Shown here: positions 58,955-64,000 of the stretch, one piece after another
Position numbering within the stretch: position 1 is the stretch's first letter
Layout of the letters: each line of letters begins with the position of its first letter
Assembly: GCA_964605655.1 (NCBI GenBank)
Contig: CAZSDK010000011.1
Span: 37,972 to 101,971 of the forward strand
DNA length: 64,000 bases
Source: an uncultured Bacteroidales bacterium
GTDB taxonomy: Bacteria > Bacteroidota > Bacteroidia > Bacteroidales > CAIXZF01
Direction: 5' to 3'
Notes under the pieces: generated by a model
What the model saw: the letters and a program-made list of their open reading frames with translations, nothing else
Databases searched by the model: none
What the model was told of the DNA's origin: nothing
Position numbers and translations under genes: made by a program

Positions 58955-59650
58955 ATGGCAAAACTAACGAAGAAAAGAAAAGAAGTTTTGGCAAAATATG
59001 ATAAGAACCAAACTTTTGGTTTACCTGAGGCAGTGAAGATCGTGAAACTGATCACCACTGCCAAGTTCGATTCTTCCGTCGACATCGACGTAAGATTGGG
59101 CGTTGACCCCAGGAAAGCCAACCAGATGGTCAGAGGCACCGTGACTTTACCTCACGGAACCGGAAAAACCATCAGGGTGCTCGTTCTTTGTACCCCCGAT
59201 AAGGAGGATGAAGCCAAAACTGCCGGAGCAGACTATGTTGGGCTCGATGATTACATCCAAAAAATCAAGGACGGTTGGACAGACGTGGACGTGGTCATTA
59301 CCACACCCAATGTGATGCCCAAAGTCGGTGCCTTAGGTAAGATATTGGGTCCCAGAGGCCTGATGCCGAACCCAAAAACCGGCACCGTGACCATGGAGGT
59401 CGGTAAGGCCGTACAGGATGTAAAAGCTGGTAAAATCGATTTCAAAGTGGACAAGTATGGCATCGTTCATACTTCTGTAGCCAAGGTATCTTTCGATGAT
59501 CAGAAGATCGTGGAAAATGCCCGGGAAGTACTGCAAACCATCATGAAACTGAAGCCATCAGCCGCTAAAGGTACTTATATCAAGAGCATCTTTATGTCGA
59601 GTACCATGAGCCCTGGGGTTCGTGTGGAACAAAAATCTATCGTGTTTTAA
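58955..59650 (+). CDS. rplA: 50S ribosomal protein L1
   Basis: [34 protein letters not shown]. Confidence 0.97.
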   Translation: MAKLTKKRKEVLAKYDKNQTFGLPEAVKIVKLITTAKFDSSVDIDVRLGVDPRKANQMVRGTVTLPHGTGKTIRVLVLCTPDKEDEAKTAGADYVGLDDYIQKIKDGWTDVDVVITTPNVMPKVGALGKILGPRGLMPNPKTGTVTMEVGKAVQDVKAGKIDFKVDKYGIVHTSVAKVSFDDQKIVENAREVLQTIMKLKPSAAKGTYIKSIFMSSTMSPGVRVEQKSIVF

Positions 59651-59686
59651 TTGACTCCTTGAAAAAGGCAAACGGCAAATACGGTT

Positions 59687-60208
59687 ATGAGAAAAGAAGA
59701 AAAAGACCAGTTCATTGAAACCTTGACAGAACAGCTCAATCAGGCGAACTATCTGTATATCACGGATATTTCTGACCTGAATGTGGACATTACCAATAAA
59801 TTGCGCCGTCTCTGTTTCAAAAGGTCAGTGCAACTGCAGGTGGTTAAAAACACCCTGCTGCGAAAAGCCATGGAAAAGGCCGACAAGAATTTTGAAGACC
59901 TCTATGGCGTACTGAAAGGCTCTACTTCGATTATGATTGCAGATGCCGGAAATCTACCTGCCAAACTGATTAAGGAATTTCGCAAAACCAGCGGAAAACC
60001 TTTGCTCAAAGGGGCCTATATTGAAGAAATGACCTATATCGGCGATAATCAGCTCGATAACCTGATGAATATCAAATCGAAAAATGAACTCATCGCTGAT
60101 TTGGTGTTCTTACTTCAATCCCCGGCCAGAAATGTTATCTCGGCCCTCCAGTCTGGCGGACAAAAGATCTCCGGTGTTCTCAAGACATTATCTGAAAAAC
60201 CAGAGTAA
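59687..60208 (+). CDS. rplJ: 50S ribosomal protein L10
   Basis: 173 aa. Sits between rplA and rplL. LRRLCFKRSVQLQVVKNTLLRKA. Confidence 0.9.
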   Translation: MRKEEKDQFIETLTEQLNQANYLYITDISDLNVDITNKLRRLCFKRSVQLQVVKNTLLRKAMEKADKNFEDLYGVLKGSTSIMIADAGNLPAKLIKEFRKTSGKPLLKGAYIEEMTYIGDNQLDNLMNIKSKNELIADLVFLLQSPARNVISALQSGGQKISGVLKTLSEKPE

Positions 60209-60256
60209 CAATTTAATTATCAGAATTTTAATAACAAAACAATAAAACTGAAAAAC

Positions 60257-60643
60257 ATGGCAGACTTAAAAACTTTAGCAGAAACCCTGGTTAACCTCAC
60301 TGTAAAGGAAGTTAACGAACTTGCTAAAATTCTTAAAGATGAGTATGGAATCGAACCCGCAGCTGCAGCTCCTGCAGTGATGGTCGCCAGCGCAGGCGCA
60401 GGCGATGGTGCCGCTGCTGTTGTTGAGGAAAAAACTCAGTTTGATGTATTCCTGAAGTCAGCCGGCCAGGCAAAACTGGCCGTGGTTAAACTGGTAAAAG
60501 AACTTACCAGCCTCGGACTGAAGGAAGCCAAAGAGCTGGTTGACGCCGCTCCCAAAGCTATCAAAGAAGGTGTGACTAAAGACGAAGCCAATGCTTTGAA
60601 AAATCAACTTGAAGAAGCCGGAGCTGAGGTTGAAATTAAATAA
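60257..60643 (+). CDS. rplL: 50S ribosomal protein L7/L12
   Basis: Ala-rich hinge ([20 protein letters not shown]) and the C-terminal [21 protein letters not shown]...[11 protein letters not shown]. Confidence 0.97.
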   Translation: MADLKTLAETLVNLTVKEVNELAKILKDEYGIEPAAAAPAVMVASAGAGDGAAAVVEEKTQFDVFLKSAGQAKLAVVKLVKELTSLGLKEAKELVDAAPKAIKEGVTKDEANALKNQLEEAGAEVEIK

Positions 60644-60670
60644 GTCGATTTCTACCTTATCCCGATAAGT

Positions 60671-60702
60671 TATAGACTTCTGTTCTCGAACAGAGGTCTA
60701 TA
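60671..60702 (+). terminator. rplL-rpoB intergenic stem-loop (partial terminator/attenuator)
   Basis: Imperfect palindrome TATAGACTTCTGTTC..GAACAGAGGTCTATA followed by GCTTATTTCGTTTTT. Confidence 0.6.
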
Positions 60703-60777
60703 GCTTATTTCGTTTTTAAGATAAACACCCCTTCTGTTTATTAACATGTTCATTTACGCATCTTAAAAACTTTAGCT

Positions 60778-63700
60778 TTGAATAATCCCGAAAGAATCAA
60801 TTTTTCCAGGACAAAAATCCAGACCACCTACCCTGACTTCCTGGATGTCCAGATCAAGTCTTTCCAGGACTTTTTCCAGCTGGAAACCAATCCTGAAGAC
60901 CGGGTCAACGAAGGTCTGTACAAAGTTTTCGCCGAGAACTTTCCGATTATGGATGCCCGGAGCAACTTTGTCCTTGAGTTTAAAGACTACTTTATCGATC
61001 CTCCCAGATATTCCATCGAAGAGTGTATTGAAAGAGGTCTTACTTACAGCGTTCCGCTGAAAGCTAAACTCAAACTTTTTTGCACCGACCCTGAACACGA
61101 AGATTTTGAGACCATCATTCAGGATGTCTACCTGGGGATGATCCCCTATATGACACCCAAAGGCACCTTTATCATCAATGGTGCGGAAAGAGTGGTCGTT
61201 TCCCAGCTTCATCGTTCACCCGGAGTGTTCTTTGGCACCAGCAGGCATGCCAACGGCAGCCAGTTGTATTCCGCCAGGATCATCCCCTTCAAAGGATCCT
61301 GGATGGAATTCACCACAGACATCAACCATGTGATGTATGCATACATCGACAGGAAAAAGAAATTACCCGTCACTACCCTGCTCAGGGCCATCGGTTTTGA
61401 AAGCGATAAAGACATCCTTGATATCTTCAACCTGGCTGAAGAAATTAAAGTGAACAAAACCGCCCTGAAAAAAGTGGTGGGGAGAAAGCTCGCTGCACGT
61501 GTGCTCCGGGCATGGATAGAAGACTTCGTTGACGAGGATACGGGTGAAGTGGTCTCGATCGAACGTACTGAGATCATTATCGACCGTGAAACCATCCTCG
61601 AAAACAAACATATCGACCTTATCGTCGACTCTGGAGTAAAAAGCATTCTCCTTCATAAAGAAGAAGGCAGTAATCTTGATTATTCCATCATTTTCAATAC
61701 CTTACAAAAAGACACGGCCAATTCAGAGAAAGAGGCCGTCGAATATATTTACCGTCAGTTAAGAAATGCTGAGCCCCCTGATGAAGAAACCGCCAGAGGG
61801 ATCATTGAAAAACTTTTCTTTTCTGATAAAAGATATGACCTCGGAGACGTCGGTCGATACAGGATCAACAAAAAGCTGAGCCTCGACATCGATCTGGCCA
61901 ACAGAGTGCTCACCAAGGAAGATATCATTTCCATCATCAAGTATCTGATCGAACTGGTAAACTCCCAGGCTGAAGTCGATGATATCGATCACCTCAGTAA
62001 CCGTAGGGTAAGGACGGTCGGAGAACAACTTTATTCCCAGTTTGGCGTTGGTTTGGCCCGTATGGCCAGGACCATCCGCGAAAGGATGAATGTCAGGGAC
62101 AACGAGGTGTTTACCCCCATGGACCTGATCAATGCCAAGACGCTGTCTTCCGTGATCAACTCTTTCTTTGGGACCAACCAGCTGAGCCAGTTTATGGACC
62201 AGACCAACCCCCTGGCAGAGCTGACTAACAAAAGAAGGGTTTCCGCACTCGGACCCGGAGGTCTTTCACGGGAAAGAGCCGGCTTTGAGGTTCGTGACGT
62301 CCATTACACCCACTATGGGCGTTTGTGTACCATCGAAACCCCGGAAGGGCCGAACATTGGTCTGATCTCCTCCCTGTGTGTCTATGCAAAGATCAACAAG
62401 CTGGGATTTATTGAAACCCCGTATAAGAGAGTGGTGAAAGGTAAGGTGATGCTGGATGAGCCTCATGTTTACCTCAGCGCCGAGGAAGAAGAAAAGAAGA
62501 TCATCGCACAAGCCAGCACCCCTATTAAGGAAGACGGCGACATCGCGCTCGACAGGGTGAAGGTGAGATACCTGGCCGATTATCCCATCGTGGAGAAAGA
62601 AGAACTCGACCTGATCGATATCGCTCCCAACCAGATCGCTTCCATCGCAGCCTCCCTCATCCCCTTTCTCGAACACGACGACGCCAACCGGGCCCTGATG
62701 GGATCCAATATGATGCGTCAGGCAGTACCCCTGCTGAATCTTGAAGTACCCCTGGTGGGAACCGGCATCGAAAGACAGGTGGCGCAAGACAGCCGTGTCC
62801 TGATCAATGCCGAAGGACACGGTGTGGTGCAATATGTAGACTCAAACGAGATTCATATCAAGTATCACCGCTCTGAGGAGGAAAAACTGGTCAGTTTTGA
62901 TGAAGACCTCAAAGTCCACCAGCTCACCAAGTTCATGAGGACCAATCAGAACACCTGTGTCAACCTGAGGCCTATCGTGAAAAAGGGAGAAGTGGTCAAC
63001 AAAGGACAGGTACTGGTGGAAGGTTATGCTACCAAGCACGGAGAACTTGCCCTGGGCCGTAACCTGATGGTCGCCTTCATGCCCTGGAAAGGGTACAACT
63101 TTGAGGATGCCATCGTTATTTCCGAGCGTATTGTCAGGGAAGATATTTTTACCTCCGTCCATATTGAGGAGTTTGTCATGGAAGTGCGCGATACCAAAAG
63201 AGGTATAGAAGAGCTCACCAATGACATTCCCAACGTAAGTGCTGAAGCCACCAAAGACCTCGATGAAAACGGTCTGATCCGCATCGGTGCCGAAGTGAAT
63301 GAAGGAGATATCCTGATCGGAAAGATCACTCCCAAAGGAGAAAGCGATCCCACCCCGGAAGAAAAGCTGCTTCGTGCCATCTTCGGCGATAAAGCCGGCG
63401 ATGTGAAAGACGCCTCTCTCAAAGCGCCCCCTTCCATGAAAGGTGTGGTGGTGGATAAGAAACTCTTCTCCAGGGTCATCAAAGACCGTAAGACCAAAAC
63501 CAAGGAGAAAGATGTACTCAAGAAAATCGAAGACGATTTCGATAAAGATTCTGATAAGCTGAAAAACAAGCTGGTGGACAAACTGATGACCATTCTTGGC
63601 TCTCATGTCTCCCAGGGTGTCACCAATAACTTCAAGGAGACCATTATCTCCAAGAAGAGCAAGTTCACACCAAAACAGCTGATGTCCATTGACTACCTGA

Positions 63701-64000
63701 CCATTAATCCCAATAAGTGGACTTCTGACAAGGACGTTAATATCCTGGTAAGTACACTCATCAACAACTATGTCATCAAGTACAAGGAACATCTCGGCGT
63801 CTTCAACCGCGTGAAGTTTGTTACCATGGTCGGTGATGAACTTCCCAACGGTATTGTTCAGATGGCCAAGGTTTATGTTGCCAAGAAGCGGAAGCTGAAA
63901 CTGGGTGACAAGATGGCTGGTCGTCACGGTAACAAAGGTATTGTTGCCAAGATTGTCCGTGATGAGGACATGCCCTTCCTTGAGGACGGGACCCCTGTGG
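60778..64000 (+). CDS. rpoB: DNA-directed RNA polymerase beta subunit (continues beyond window end)
   Basis: Absent from the ORF track because it is open-ended. The frame reads [32 protein letters not shown]...[18 protein letters not shown]...[12 protein letters not shown]. The frame is closed by TAA at 60742, and the only canonical in-frame start is TTG at 60778. Confidence 0.95.
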   Translation, partial: MNNPERINFSRTKIQTTYPDFLDVQIKSFQDFFQLETNPEDRVNEGLYKVFAENFPIMDARSNFVLEFKDYFIDPPRYSIEECIERGLTYSVPLKAKLKLFCTDPEHEDFETIIQDVYLGMIPYMTPKGTFIINGAERVVVSQLHRSPGVFFGTSRHANGSQLYSARIIPFKGSWMEFTTDINHVMYAYIDRKKKLPVTTLLRAIGFESDKDILDIFNLAEEIKVNKTALKKVVGRKLAARVLRAWIEDFVDEDTGEVVSIERTEIIIDRETILENKHIDLIVDSGVKSILLHKEEGSNLDYSIIFNTLQKDTANSEKEAVEYIYRQLRNAEPPDEETARGIIEKLFFSDKRYDLGDVGRYRINKKLSLDIDLANRVLTKEDIISIIKYLIELVNSQAEVDDIDHLSNRRVRTVGEQLYSQFGVGLARMARTIRERMNVRDNEVFTPMDLINAKTLSSVINSFFGTNQLSQFMDQTNPLAELTNKRRVSALGPGGLSRERAGFEVRDVHYTHYGRLCTIETPEGPNIGLISSLCVYAKINKLGFIETPYKRVVKGKVMLDEPHVYLSAEEEEKKIIAQASTPIKEDGDIALDRVKVRYLADYPIVEKEELDLIDIAPNQIASIAASLIPFLEHDDANRALMGSNMMRQAVPLLNLEVPLVGTGIERQVAQDSRVLINAEGHGVVQYVDSNEIHIKYHRSEEEKLVSFDEDLKVHQLTKFMRTNQNTCVNLRPIVKKGEVVNKGQVLVEGYATKHGELALGRNLMVAFMPWKGYNFEDAIVISERIVREDIFTSVHIEEFVMEVRDTKRGIEELTNDIPNVSAEATKDLDENGLIRIGAEVNEGDILIGKITPKGESDPTPEEKLLRAIFGDKAGDVKDASLKAPPSMKGVVVDKKLFSRVIKDRKTKTKEKDVLKKIEDDFDKDSDKLKNKLVDKLMTILGSHVSQGVTNNFKETIISKKSKFTPKQLMSIDYLTINPNKWTSDKDVNILVSTLINNYVIKYKEHLGVFNRVKFVTMVGDELPNGIVQMAKVYVAKKRKLKLGDKMAGRHGNKGIVAKIVRDEDMPFLEDGTPV

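Noticed and set aside
60772-63927. Series of long minus-strand ORFs (146, 145, 188, 361 aa and others) in the last 3 kb.
   Set aside because: They lie antisense to the unmistakable rpoB reading frame and have low-complexity, non-protein-like composition. They are antisense shadow ORFs.

Overview
The window looks like a chromosomal segment from a Bacteroidota bacterium. Three things support that: the rpsU-xerC-hpf-tRNA(Thr,Tyr,Gly,Thr)-tuf-tRNA(Trp)-secE-nusG-rplKAJL-rpoB synteny, TAnnTTTG -7 promoter boxes, and many T9SS C-terminal sorting domains.

Layout:
- 1-7.9 kb: housekeeping genes (tpiA, ABC permease, DoxX-like, DUF1599, folP, cdaA, def, ruvX, dapD).
- 7.9-16.9 kb: a tightly packed same-strand block. 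It holds a NapH-like polyferredoxin with HMA-like C-terminal repeats, a 1326-aa type-B-CTD adhesin, PorP/SprF, and a PorE-like TPR/beta-propeller/OmpA-like protein.
- 17-21 kb: a methionine-gamma-lyase-family enzyme, a thermonuclease and a TonB-dependent receptor.
- 21.4-31.5 kb: a run of T9SS type-A cargo genes (one decayed, two beta-propellers, one LRR-like solenoid). It is interrupted by a visibly AT-richer three-gene islet next to tRNA-Val.
- 31.6-33.8 kb: DPP-IV.
- 34-45 kb: a short-chain acyl-CoA cluster (crotonase, 3-hydroxyacyl-CoA dehydrogenase, HDCF-type thiolase, FabK/NMO-like, acyl-CoA dehydrogenase, fused IcmF, a butyrate-kinase homolog with degenerate ATP motifs, an MBL hydrolase).
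- 45.5-54 kb: a 2851-aa T9SS adhesin with three repeat tiers.
- 54-64 kb: the translation/transcription core.

I found no CRISPR array, transposase or integrase (other than the housekeeping Xer-type recombinase), and no obvious toxin-antitoxin pair. I cannot show a clearly new system from sequence alone.

Best second-look candidates:
- the pseudo-kinase-like Buk next to IcmF;
- the ATCCCGT/ACGGGAT arrays bracketing part of the acyl-CoA cluster;
- the unclassified 90-aa repeat family and the dockerin-/cohesin-like tail of the giant adhesin;
- the polyferredoxin-HMA fusion linked to a cargo-specific PorP/PorE-like module;
- the repeat-rich border of the tRNA-Val islet.

All domain calls come from motif recognition by eye. 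No database search or numerical statistic was run.
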